The notes under the pieces: model-generated
What the model saw: only the letters and a program-made list of their open reading frames with translations
Told to the model about the DNA's origin: nothing
The model's database searches: none
Shown: one piece after another, positions 1 through 10,493 of the stretch
Layout of the letters: each line of letters begins with the position of its first letter
Position numbering within the stretch: position 1 is the stretch's first letter
Assembly (NCBI GenBank): GCA_002269645.1
Contig: NIVC01004131.1
Location: forward strand, 1-58,666
Origin: Macrostomum lignano
Lineage: Eukaryota
Reading direction: 5' to 3'
DNA: 58,666 nucleotides
Position numbers and translations under genes: made by a program

Positions 1-3000
1 AGAGGAGAGGAGAGGAGAGAGGAGAGGAGAGGGAGAGTAGAGGAGAGGAGAGGAGAGAGAGAGGAGAGGGAGAGAGGAGAGGAGAGGAGAGGAGAGAGGA
101 GAGGAGAGGAGAGGAGAGGAGAGGATAGAGGAGAGAGGAGAGAAGAGGGGAGGAGAGGAGAGGAGAGGAGAGGAGAGGAGAGGAGAGGAGAGGGAGGAGA
201 GAGAGAGGAGAGGGAGTGTGGAGATGAGAGAAGAGGAGAGGAGAGGAGAGGAGAGGAGAGAGGAGAGGAGAGGAGAGAGAGAGGAGAGGAGAGGAGAGAG
301 GAGAGGATAGAGGAGAGGAGAGAAGAGGAGAGGAGAGAGAGAGAGTAGAGGAGAGAGGAGAGTAGAGGAGAGGAGAGGAGAGGAGAGGAGAGAGAGAGAG
401 GAGAGGAGAGGAGAGGAGAGGAGAGAGAGTAGAGGAGAGGAGAGGAGAGGAGAGGAGAGGAGAGGAGAGGAGAGGAGAGAGGAGAGTAGAGGAGAGGAGA
501 GGAGAGAGGAGAGGAGAGGAGAGAGGAGAGGAGAGGAGAGGAGAGGAGAGGAGAGGAGAGGAGAGGAGAGGGGAGGAAAGAGAGAGGAGAGGAGAGTGGA
601 GATGAGAGAAGAGGAGAGGAGAGGAGAGGAGAGGGAGAGAGGAGAGGAGAGGAGAGGAGAGAGGAGAGGAGAGGAGAGAGGAGAGGATAGAGGAGAGGAG
701 AGAAGAGGAGAGGAGAGGAGAGGAGAGGAGAGAGGAGAGTAGAGGAGAGGAGAGGAGAGGAGAGGAGAGAGGAGAGAGGAGAGGAGAGGAGAGAAAGAGG
801 AGAGGAGAGGATAGAGGAGAGGAGAGAAGAGGAGAGGAGAGGAGAGGATAGAGGAGAGGAGAGAAGAGGAGAGGAGAGGAGAGGAGAGGAGAGGAGAGGA
901 GAGGATAGAGGAGAGGAGAGAAGAGGAGAGGAGAGGAGAGGAGAGGAGAGGAGAGGGGAGGAGAGAGAGAGGAGAGGAGAGGAGAGGAGAGAAGAGGAGA
1001 GGAGAGAAGAGGAGAGGAGAGGAGAGGAGAGGAGAGGAGAGGAGAGGAGAGGAGAGAAGAGGAGAGGAGAGGAGAGGAAAGGAGAGGAGAGGAGAGGAGA
1101 GAAAGAGGAGAGGAGAGTGGAGATGAGAGGAGAGGAGAGGAGAGGAGAGAGGAGAGGAGAGGAGAGGGGAGGAGAGGAGAGAGAGAGGAGAGTGGAGATG
1201 AGAGGAGAGGAGAGGAGAGAGGAGAGGAGAGGAGAGGAGAGGAGAGGAGAGGAGAGGATAGAGGAGAGGAGAGAAGAGGAGAGGAGAGGAGAGGAGAGGA
1301 GAGGAGAGAAAGAGGAGAGGAGAGTGGAGATGAGAGGAGAGGAGAGAGGAGAGTAGAGGAGAGGAGAGGAGAGAGGAGAGGAGAGGAGAGGAGAGGGGAG
1401 GAGAGGAGAGAGAGAGGAGAGTGGAGATGAGAGGAGAGGAGAGGAGAGAGAGGAGAGGAGAGGAGAGGAGAGGAGAGGAGAGGAGAGGAGAGGATAGAGG
1501 AGAGGAGAGAAGAGGAGAGGAGAGGAGAGGAGAGGAGAGGAGAGAAAGAGGAGAGGAGAGTGGAGATGAGAGGAGAGGAGAGAGGAGAGTAGAGGAGAGG
1601 AGAGGAGAGAGGAGAGGAGAGGAGAGGGGAGGGGAGGAGAGGAGAGAGAGAGGAGAGTGGAGATGAGAGGAGAGGAGAGGAGAGAGGAGAGGAGAGGAGA
1701 GGAGAGAGGAGAGGATAGAGGAGAGGAGAGGAGAGGAGAGAAGAGGAGAGGAGAGGAGAGGAAAGGAGAGGAGAGGAAGGAGAGAAAGAGGAGAGGAGAG
1801 TGGAGATGAGAGGAGAGGAGAGGAGAGGAGAGAGGAGAGGAGAGGAGAGGGGAGGAGAGGAGAGAGAGAGGAGAGTGGAGATGAGAGGAGAGGAGAGGAG
1901 AGGAGAGAGGAGAGGAGAGGAGAGGAGAGGAGAGGAGAGGATAGAGGAGAGGAGAGAAGAGGAGAGGAGAGGAGAGGAGAGGAGAGGAGAGAAAGAGGAG
2001 AGGAGAGTGGAGATGAGAGGAGAGGAGAGAGGAGAGTAGAGGAGAGGAGAGGAGAGAGGAGAGGAGAGGAGAGAAGAGGGGAGGAGAGGAGAGAGAGAGG
2101 AGAGTGGAGATGAGAGGAGAGGAGAGGAGAGGAGAGGAGAGAAAGAGGAGAGGAGAGTGGAGATGAGAGGAGAGGAGAGAGGAGAGTAGAGGAGAGGAGA
2201 GGAGAGAGGAGAGGAGAGAGGAGGAGAGGGGAGGAGAGGAGAGAGAGAGGAGAGTGGAGATGAGAGGAGAGGAGAGGAGAGAGGAGAGAGAGGAGAGGAG
2301 AGAGGAGAGGATAGAGGAGAGGAGAGAAGAGGAGAGGAGAGGAGAGGAGAGGAGAGGAGAGAGGAGAGTAGAGGAGAGGAGAGGAGAGGAGAGGAGAGGG
2401 GAGAGAGGAGGGAGAGGAGAGGAGAGAGGAGAGGAGAGGAGAGGAGAGGAGAGGATAGAGGAGAGGAGAGAAGAGGAGAGGAGAGGAGAGGAGAGGAGAG
2501 GAGAGGAGAGGAGAGGAGAGGGGAGGAGGAGAGAGAGGAGAGGAGAGTGGAGATGAGAGAAGAGGAGAGGAGAGGAGAGGAGAGGAGAGAGAGAGGAGAG
2601 AGAGGAGAGGAGGAGAGGAGAGGAGAGAGAGAGAGGATAGAGGAGAGGAGAGAAGAGGAGAGGAGAGGAGAGAGAGGAGAGAGGAGAGTAGGGAGAGAGG
2701 AGAGGAGAGGAGAGGAGAGAGGAGAGAGGAGAGGAGAGGAGAGGAGAGAGGAGAGTAGAGGAGAGGAGAGGAGAGGAGAGGAGAGGAGAGGAGAGGAGAG
2801 GAGAGAGGAGAGTAGAGGAGAGGAGAGGAGAGAGGAGAGGAGAGGAGAGAGGAGAGGAGAGGGAGAGGAGAGGAGAGGAGAGGAGAGGAGGAGAGGAGAG
2901 AGAGGAGAGAGAGAGGAGAGGAGAGGAGAGGAGAGGAGAGGAGAGGAGAGGAGAGGAGAGGAGAGGAGAGGAGAGGAGAGGAGAGGAGAGGAGAGAGGAG

Positions 3001-3128
3001 AGTAGAGGAGAGGAGAGGAGAGAGGAGAGGAGAGGAGAGAGGAGAGGAGAGGAGAGGAGAGGAGAGGAGAGGAGAGGAGAGGAGAGGAGAGAGAGAGGAG
3101 AGGAGAGGAGAGTGGAGATGAGAGGAGA
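1..3128. repeat. Polypurine (GGAGA/GAGGA)n satellite, truncated by the window start
   Basis: The + strand is almost only G/A, with occasional GTGGAGATG, GTAG and GATAG variants and no C before about 3129. The ORFs at 1117 and 1800 are near-identical, indicating an internal duplication at 683-bp offset. Confidence 0.97.
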
Positions 3129-3164
3129 GCAGGAGAGGAGATAACTAAGAAGAGACAAACCTTG

Positions 3165-3250
3165 AGCGGGCCGGATTGGCATTCGATAAGTGTCCAAGGA
3201 CCCGAGGGCCAGATAGAGAGACTTTGCGAGCCGGATTTTGCCCACCCCTG
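3165..3250. mobile_element. Right end of a hAT-like non-autonomous element
   Basis: Ends in TTTTGCCCACCCCTG (reverse complement CAGGGGTGGGCAAAA) preceded by GCGGGCCGGATT-type subterminal motifs, typical of hAT MITE termini. The partner end is not seen in the window. Confidence 0.5.
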
Positions 3251-3551
3251 TTTAGACCCAAAATTTTCAAAGTCACCACCTTAATCTCGTTTGATCGGCT
3301 ACACGTTGAAATTTGAGCTCAATCGTATATGCAATTATCGCGATTTAAGCTGTGAAACAAATATTTGACAAACATTCCGTGAATTATACATCATGTAGTC
3401 CTACTAAAAGTAGCACAGTCAGTGTATTTAGAAGGATAATGATTCCAATGCTTGAAAACTTTAACAATATGCAAACAGGTGTACTGGTTTTCATGGGGTA
3501 GTAACAACACCCAAGCCCCACGATTTGAGTCCAGATTCCATCAAAGCCCCA

Positions 3552-3848
3552 TCATTGATCAAAGCGGCGCTGCCGACGAAGCCGCAGCCGGTCCTGCAGC
3601 AGCTCGGATGGGGTGCAGAAGAGGCTGGGGAACATGAGCCGGCGTACCGGGTTGGTGCACAGCACGCAGATCTGCAGGAAAAACAGCACGAAAGGCACCA
3701 CCAGGGTGCCAATTATGAAGAACTCCTCAGATTTCATGGGAGTCTTGATGATGCCCACGTTCTTCATGGTTGCTTTGTTGTACTGGATGCTGGTTAATAC
3801 TCGTGCAGAAGAATTGATGAAGGCAGAGAAAAGCGATTGAACTTCTGT
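3552..3848 (-). CDS. Candidate terminal coding exon of an unknown membrane protein
   Basis: Acceptor CTACAG at 3849-3854, then a 99-codon open frame TEVQSLFSAF...FIIGTLVVPFVLFFLQICVLC...RRQRRFDQ* with GC-rich codons and one hydrophobic helix followed by a basic tail. No upstream exons were identified. Confidence 0.35.
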   Translation of the reverse strand, partial: TEVQSLFSAFINSSARVLTSIQYNKATMKNVGIIKTPMKSEEFFIIGTLVVPFVLFFLQICVLCTNPVRRLMFPSLFCTPSELLQDRLRLRRQRRFDQ

Positions 3849-3995
3849 CTGTAGTGAGTGCGATTGAGTTCGAGTTTGAATTCAGCCGTAATTTGTTTTA
3901 CCATAGAGAGATTCTTGAGGCATCTCAAGCCAGCCGCAGCCTCTTGCCTCTTTTAGTTTTTGCTAAAATCTAGAAACAAATTCAGTTCGTTTAAA

Positions 3996-4397
3996 ATCAG
4001 TGAGGCCCTGCTGTCTTATCAGTGAGGCACTGCTGTCTCATCAGTGAGGCTCTGCTGTCTCATCAGTGAGGCTCTGCTGTCTCATCAGTGAGGCTCTGCT
4101 GTCTCATCAGTGAGGCTCTGCTGTCTCATCAGTGAGGCTCTGCTGTCTCAGGAGTGAGGCACTGCTGTCTCATCAGTGAGGCACTGCTGTCTCATGAGTG
4201 AGGCACTGCTGTCTCATCAGTGAGGCACTGCTGTCTCATCAGTGAGGCACTGCTGTCTCATCAGTGAGGCACTGCTGTCTCATCAGTGAGGCACTGCTGT
4301 CTCATCAGTGAGGCACTGCTGTCTCATCAGTGAGGCACTGCTGTCTCATCAGTGAGGCACTGCTGTCTCATCAGTGAGGCACTGCTGTCTCATCAGT
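3996..4397. repeat. 22-bp minisatellite (ATCAGTGAGGCACTGCTGTCTC)n, about 18 copies
   Basis: Direct tandem periodicity. Confidence 0.95.
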
Positions 4398-4556
4398 CAA
4401 AGAATTGAGTCGCATTTTAAGTAGAGCTAGCTAGAACTCAAACGACGTTGCAAACTGTCTACGCATGCCTATGGGTAGTAAGATCGCGTACTCGTACAAT
4501 AGAGGTTATCGTTTATCACGAAAGGCTGGCTCGTACAACGATTTTATTCTTATTCT

Positions 4557-4650
4557 AGCCCTAAGCATAACCCTTTAACGCTAACTCTAACTGTAACTAA
4601 CTCTAACCCTAACCCTAACCCTATACGAATAACTTTAAACCCTAGCCTTA
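4557..4650. repeat. Degenerate interstitial telomere-like (CCCTAA)n tract
   Basis: CTAACCCTAACCCTAACCCTA core flanked by decayed CTAAC units. Confidence 0.6.
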
Positions 4651-5285
4651 AATCTCTAGAAATTCGACTTTTTATCAATTTGATGGCTTCATCAGGGGCG
4701 TCGCCACCGGGGGGAGGGGCAGGGGGACATGTCCCCCCCCCCCGAGTAAAAGCTATGGGGGACATGCTTTATCCCTATAAAACAAACCGATAATTGATTT
4801 TGACTGGCGATAAAGAAAACAAGGTCGCAACCCAGAATCCAGCTTTTATATTTTCTAGCCTAAACATGGGTGGAAAAGGTGGGGGGGGGGTTGGCAGAGA
4901 GATATATTCTGAGTACATTTTGCGTACAGTGAAAATAGAGAAAATAACTTTGGATGAAACAGGCGGCTAGTCTAGGCCAACTCATTTTTTGACACTCCCC
5001 CCAGATGATTTATCATTTGATTTTCAATTCGAAAAAGCGTTCCGAACATACATACATACATTACAACGTAATTACACTACGTTCGAACTTGTTGCAAACA
5101 ATGAAAAATGAAAAAACTATTTTAGCCTAACGGAGAGAGAGGTGGTTCGTTGCTTTAAGTGAGACAGTCAGCGGAGAACAAATAACCGATAGAGCCAAGT
5201 TTAAGCGCGTGAGCATGATCGATGAAGGGAAAATTTAAATGGAAGAATGACGAATAATGACACGTAACATCGCCCATAACCAAGA

Positions 5286-5642
5286 ACAACAACAACAACA
5301 ACAGAGTCTGCTGTCAGTTCGCAAAAGCAGCGTCAGATGGCGCGCTTCGAAGCTTGGGCGCGAACAAAGGCCGCACCGCCGGCAGAGTCCGGGGCGCCGG
5401 CGTCAGCCAGCAGACAGTCGACGTAGCGCCGAGTCCTCGCCTGTCCCCGCCGGTAGGGTGCCTGCAACGTAAGTAGCAGCACCTCCTGCACCGGCTCCGG
5501 ACAGTAGGCCTCGGCGCGGATGACGTGGCCTGCCAGCTGGAGTCGCCGACGGCGCAGCAGATCGCTAGGACGGGCCAGGCCGGCGCGATGATAGAGCGCC
5601 GTGTTGGTCACTCGCTCGTTGCCGATCTTGAAGGCGGCGCGC
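5286..5642 (-). mobile_element. 5'-truncated RTE-like non-LTR retrotransposon with (TTG)n tail
   Basis: RVTNTALYHRAGLARPSDLLRRRRLQLAGHVIR...RRGQARTRRYVD matches the C-terminus of RTE-type ORF2 proteins. The 3' tail reads (CAA)n on +. ACCAAGA direct repeat at 5279-5285 and 5643-5649 is a candidate TSD. Confidence 0.75.
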
Positions 5643-5760
5643 ACCAAGAGAATTATCTCAAAGCAGAAAAACAAACCTTTCCCATTACAAATTTTGGCGA
5701 GAGGCTGTCAAAAAAGTTAACAAACGAATTCGAAAGTCATGGGAAAGGTAAAAAACGGAC

Positions 5761-7295
5761 TTAGGATTGAAGCTCTAAAGGAATCAACGACTGGACTGGC
5801 CGCCTCACCCGTTCCCAGCGCCGGGAACTCCCAGCACCCGCAACGCGAAGAAGAACCGAACGGATCGCACCATCACGGCCAGGATGCACTTCCTCGACAA
5901 TACCCAATTTCCACTTGAGTTTTGGTTGTCGAGCTTCACCTGCCGGAAGAACCACTTCACCAACATTTGGCGGGCGGCGGTTAGGTTGATCCTTTAGGGC
6001 TTTCTCGCGCTGAGACTCCAAGTAGGACGTCTTTCATTGGTTACAAAACCAATCCAGAGCTGCTCTAAGCATTGTAAGCCGTTTCGAAAGCGGTAGAACG
6101 GAGTCCGCCTCACTGAGACGACTAGCTGCAATGAAATGGGACGGTGTGATGACCTTCAACCGTCGCCTGAATCCGAAGGTTACATACAACAGCGACCGAC
6201 AGTTTACCACAGCTTCGACTTCCACAGTTAGAGTGATCAACTGGTCGTAGGTAAACAGCTGTCGACCTGCAGCCTTTTTAGTGCCATCTTCACGATGCCA
6301 ATCAGCCTTTCCCAGTAACCTCCCCACCAAAAAGCTCCCTCGGGCACAAAATGCCAACAAATCTTCTTCGACGAACAGAACGACTGCAGCTCTTCTGAGA
6401 TACTAGCGCCGATCCGTTTGGCGCCTGACCGAAATGTCCGTGCATTGTCACTGACGATGGAGGGAATGCCCCTTCGAGCCACGGACCGACGCAGTGCATG
6501 CAGAAGTTGTTCGCTGTCCATCCTTGAAACAACTTCCAGATGAGAAACAACTTCGAGTTGCTGAGCAAGTGAAGAGCAGGATGTACGCCTTTTTGCTCTC
6601 ACCACCCTCCGCCGTCCGATAGAATATCGGAGCAGCATAATCCAGTCCTATTGTACGAAAAGCACGAACAGTTGACAAACGGAAGGATGGAAGCTGCGGA
6701 ACCGCACACACGGAAAACGGTCGACCTTGAAACTTCTTGCACACAACACACCCCGCCAATAACTGCTTCACACACTGTCTCGCCTTTAAAACCCAAAAAT
6801 GTTCACGAAGCTTGCATATTGTTGCCGCCACCCGGAATGCATCACAGCCACATGGTAATGACGGACAAGCAAGGTTTCGAGCGGGTGCTTTGAGGGAATC
6901 AGCACCGGATCGTTGGTGTCGAAGGGCACAGCGCCCTGCAGACGACCCGCTGACCGAACTAATCCAGTAGGATCAAGGAACAATTTGAGATCGTGCACTA
7001 ACGGCGTGCGAGGTCCAGAACCGCTGAGGCACGAAATTTCGTTCGACAATGATTTACACTCATTGTCGCAGGATGAGTGTCGCACTCATTCGCACGGCTC
7101 GCAGCACTGACTGTCCTGCCTGTAATATTTCCGTAGCCGTTAACAAGGATGGTTATTTAACAATCCGATGGCGCAAGATGCTGACAAATCTCAAGACCCA
7201 ACCAACCACTCGAGTGAGCTTGGTCCACAATGAAAATTCTGAAATCTGAATCACTTTGAGCAGAGAAGGTGAAGAAGAATCGGTACACTCCACTG
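5761..7295 (-). mobile_element. Bel/Pao LTR retrotransposon pol 3' half (integrase and C-terminal DUF5641-like region), frameshifted
   Basis: Motifs in order: FSLWTKLTRVVGWVLRFV; LFLDPTGLVRSAGRLQ; HYHVAVMHSG...FWVLKARQCVKQLLAGCVVCKK (H2C2); IGLDYAAP; LFTCSATR; RRGIPSIVSDNARTF; WWGGYWERLIGIVK; KWKLGIVEEVHPGRDGAIRSV...RRPVQSLIPLE. Several frameshifts. Confidence 0.92.
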
Positions 7296-7717
7296 TGGTT
7301 TCAATGTAGCGTCATCAGGAGCATTTGAAACGTCAGATAATTGGGGTTATATAGTATCTAATTCAGAATGGGCATCGAGGAATGAACCCAATTCTTACAT
7401 TGAAGTAAAACTTCCCGAGTCTATTCAAATTTGGAAATTCGGATTGAAAGGAACCAAAGCAGTAGGTAGTGAAATTATAAAAAATCAACCAAAAAGTTTT
7501 ATTCTAAAAGGTAGCAATAACAAGAGAGACTTTAGGAATATTTTTTTCTGCCGAAAACGCTGGTTTAGTTTCTGGAGTGATGAAGTACTTCGAAGTAGCT
7601 TCCACCGAAAAATTCTCCGTTTATAGAGTGCATATTAATTCAGCCACTGAAGGATCAACGGTTCTTATTGTTTCAGGCTTTCAACTTTATCCGATTTTAG
7701 ACATAATTGCCACATAA
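7291..7717 (+). pseudogene. Discoidin/F5-8 type C-like (galactose-binding fold) ORF remnant, Polinton-associated
   Basis: GFNVASSG...SEWASRNEPNSYIEVKLPESIQIWKFGLKG...QPKSFILKGSNN; after a 1-nt shift in a T-run it continues ...KFSVYRVHINSATEGSTVLIVSGFQLY*. The pattern (W-A-S, YIEVKL, FILKGSN, YRVHI, FQLY) fits this fold. 5' end truncated. Confidence 0.5.
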
Positions 7718-7719
7718 AA

Positions 7720-8479
7720 ATGAATGATGAAAGTGAACACGTCTATCCTGTGGTTGAGCTGCATGAAGCAGATTCGAGGGAACGGGACTATTTCAATCAG
7801 AGAAAGGGTGAAATCAAAGGCAGTATTGAATGCATTACTAAAGATCTTACAATTTATAGCAAAAAGGTAAACAAGTACAAACGACAAAGTAGCAGGATAA
7901 ATTGGATCAACATTGTGACAGGAAATGTAAGTCTCTTGGCTGCTACAGGAATTGGCATAGCGACATCGATACTGACATTGAATCCCTTAGTCATTGGAGT
8001 AGTAATCGGGGCAATGAGTGGTTTTGAAGCTGTAAAATCCATGTCATTGTTTGCAGCTGTGAAAATGCATTGCCAAAAGCAGAAGGCAAAATACATTGTT
8101 CTCAGAGATCTGGCAAATCAATACAGAGAGAGATTGTATATATACTCCCAAAAAGCAGTTGATGATTACAGAATAACTCTTGAAGAGGTTCAAGCAGCTA
8201 CTGCCATTTATTCAGAATAGAGAGAAAAGAGACAAATTGTTAGATACTTCTCTTGTGCCTCAAGGTAATAAGCAAGGGGGAAAACTAGTTAACCATTCGG
8301 AAGTCGTTGATAAAATCCTCAAAGAGAGTAGACTTGGTCATTCAGCGAAGGAAAAAATTAAAAAGGAATTGCTGGAGAAAGATCTGAGAGAAAAATTGGG
8401 TCTAGCTGATAAGCCAAAAGAGTACTCGGCAACACTCAATCTTCAATCAGATGCTCCATGTGCACCTCCCTACAATTAA
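7720..8479 (+). pseudogene. Polinton/adintovirus-type two-TM membrane protein, split into two ORFs (7720..8220 and 8180..8479)
   Basis: YPVVEL N-terminus, KKVNKYKR before a hydrophobic hairpin (NVSLLAATGIGIATSILTLNPLVIGVVIGAMSG), SQKAVDDYRITLEEV and C-terminal APCAPPY. This resembles the small membrane ORF common beside Polinton polB genes. Confidence 0.55.
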
Positions 8480-8503
8480 TATTGTATAATGTTTTTCTTA
8501 AAA

Positions 8504-9805
8504 ATGGAATGGAAAATACCAGCGGCCTCTTATGAGTTTGATCTCGACTCCGTTGAAGAAATTCACGGTTTAATCTCCCTGCAATTCTTTCCAAACATTT
8601 GATGGCTAGAGATTCAATAAAATACAGAATTTCCTTTGTTGCAGAATTTTATAAAGGAACTACCGACAAGTGGATTGAGTTCCAATATCATTCAAAGTAT
8701 CGAATTTTGTTAAATCTTTTCCAAGTGAAAACTAGTATAGAAACTACAATTCAGGATGTTCTGGATGAATTCGATGAATGGAAGGATAGTTTTAATGAAA
8801 GGGGATCGGGATATCATTTTGTTAAGTTAGTAAAGATTGTGTTGAAAGTTGTTGGCAATAATCAGTTGAAGGGAGGAACTTATATTAGAATTCCAATTGA
8901 ATCAAACGTATTAGTAAATGTTTAGAATACTAAAGACAATAGGTGCTTTCTCTGGTCTATTTTAGCCAAGCTCCATCCTGTGAAGGAACATAGATATAGA
9001 GTTGGTAAGTATACACAGTATATAAATGAAATAAACTTAGGAGACGTTGAATTTCCAGTGGACATTTGAGATATCTCTGAGATTTAAAAGTTGAACAGCC
9101 TCCATATAAATGTGTTTGGATTGAGAGATATAAATACTAAAGAGTCAATATATTCTATTCGTCTGACATAAGATTATGACAACCCCGATGTTATTGATTT
9201 ACTACCTGTTAAAAATCATTATTGTTTAATAACAGACCTAAACTTATTCCTCACGTTTAACAATAGGGTTTTTCTTTGTAGAAAATGCCTTCAGGTTAAA
9301 TACTCCGAGGATGCACTGGATAATCATAAAGCGCTTTGTGTCGACTTCAATGTGTCAATTGAAGTTCCAAAGATTGATAAGAGGATGTTAAAGTTTAAGA
9401 ACTACCACATGAGTGTAAGAAAGCCATTTGTGTTTTATGCAATATTGGATTATGTATCGATAGATAATAAATCCATAGAGCTATCAAACTAGACACTTTG
9501 TATTAGTTCCGACTATGAAAATATTATAAAATCAGATATTATTTCAAATACTACAGTGGAATCATTCGTTGAAGCCGTAATCAAAAAGTTTGAGCATATA
9601 AGAAATGAAATGGATAGATATAAACATGCAAGATTAAGTGATGACGAAGAGACTGATTACAAAGCGGCAGAACAATGTTTTCTCTGCTCAAGGCCATTTG
9701 TAGATAGTAAAAAATTTCGAGAGCATAATCACTACAATGGTAAATATCGCGGCGCAGCATGCCAATCATGTAATACCAAGGAGGGCAAGGCGAATCAAAC
9801 AGTAC
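8504..9805 (+). pseudogene. N-terminal part of a Polinton/Maverick (adintovirus) protein-primed type-B DNA polymerase with endonuclease VII-like zinc motif
   Basis: FNERGSGYHF...LKGGTYIRIP...VNV*NTKDNRCFLWSILAKLHP...NLGDVEFPV...INVFG...HYCLI...FLCRKCL...FKNYHMSVRKPFVFYA...CFLC...FREHNHYNGKYRGAACQSCN. Multiple stops and frameshifts; the catalytic palm is absent. Confidence 0.85.
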
Positions 9806-9829
9806 CGAATCAAACAGTATTCAATGGTC

Positions 9830-10493
9830 GGAAACTCCATTTTTCAAATTTTCCGAATAATGCGAAGCTTTGCAATAGGTGCAATAGGAACATTTTGTTC
9901 GTGGCGTCAGGTGCTGGCGTCAAGAAATCGTAAGTTCTTGACTTTGATTTCTTTCTTTCCGTAGCGCTCTCGCAAAATATGAGATAGTTGAAATTGTCTA
10001 CCGGTATATCTGACAGGCTCGAGTTGCGATGTATGGAAGAGTCAAACTGATCCCAAAACGACTGCCACGCCGAAATCTCCCCCGTGAATGTCGGAATTCG
10101 CCTCTTGGGAAGCTTGATCTGCGACCCGGACTCTACGGAACGACTTTTAGTCGCTATTGCCTCCTCCGGCGATTGTTGACTATTGAATATTGAAAGCTGC
10201 TTCCAGCATCTTAATGCAGCTGATACACTTCATCGAATAAGCTTGATTCTCTTCCACTTCAGCATCCAGCCCCTATCAGCGATAGACTCCTCTATGGCTT
10301 CATCCAATGCTTGCACTGCTGTCAACTTCGACTTCAGAATCTGCACAATTGCCTCCACATCCGCACGATTTGCAGCTCGACCAATATCCACGGAGAGAAG
10401 ATTGTCAGCCTTTCCAAACAGCCTTTGTGATCGCCGCGCCGATACCTGCACGCTTCCTGACTGCTGAAGATAGCTCTTTTCACTGAGAACCAT
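9830..10493 (-). mobile_element. Bel/Pao gag fragment (DUF1759-like region and zinc-knuckle remnant)
   Basis: QIKLPKRRIPTFTGEISAWQSFWDQFDSSIHRNSSLSD...FNYL is the Bel/Pao gag signature; KCSYCTYCKASHYSE follows after an apparent internal deletion. Confidence 0.8.

Noticed and set aside
1117-3005. E/R/G-rich ORFs
   Set aside because: Translation of the polypurine satellite.
3996-4397. CRISPR-like appearance of regular short repeats here and in other arrays
   Set aside because: Units are head-to-tail with no unique spacers, there are no cas genes, and the context is eukaryotic.
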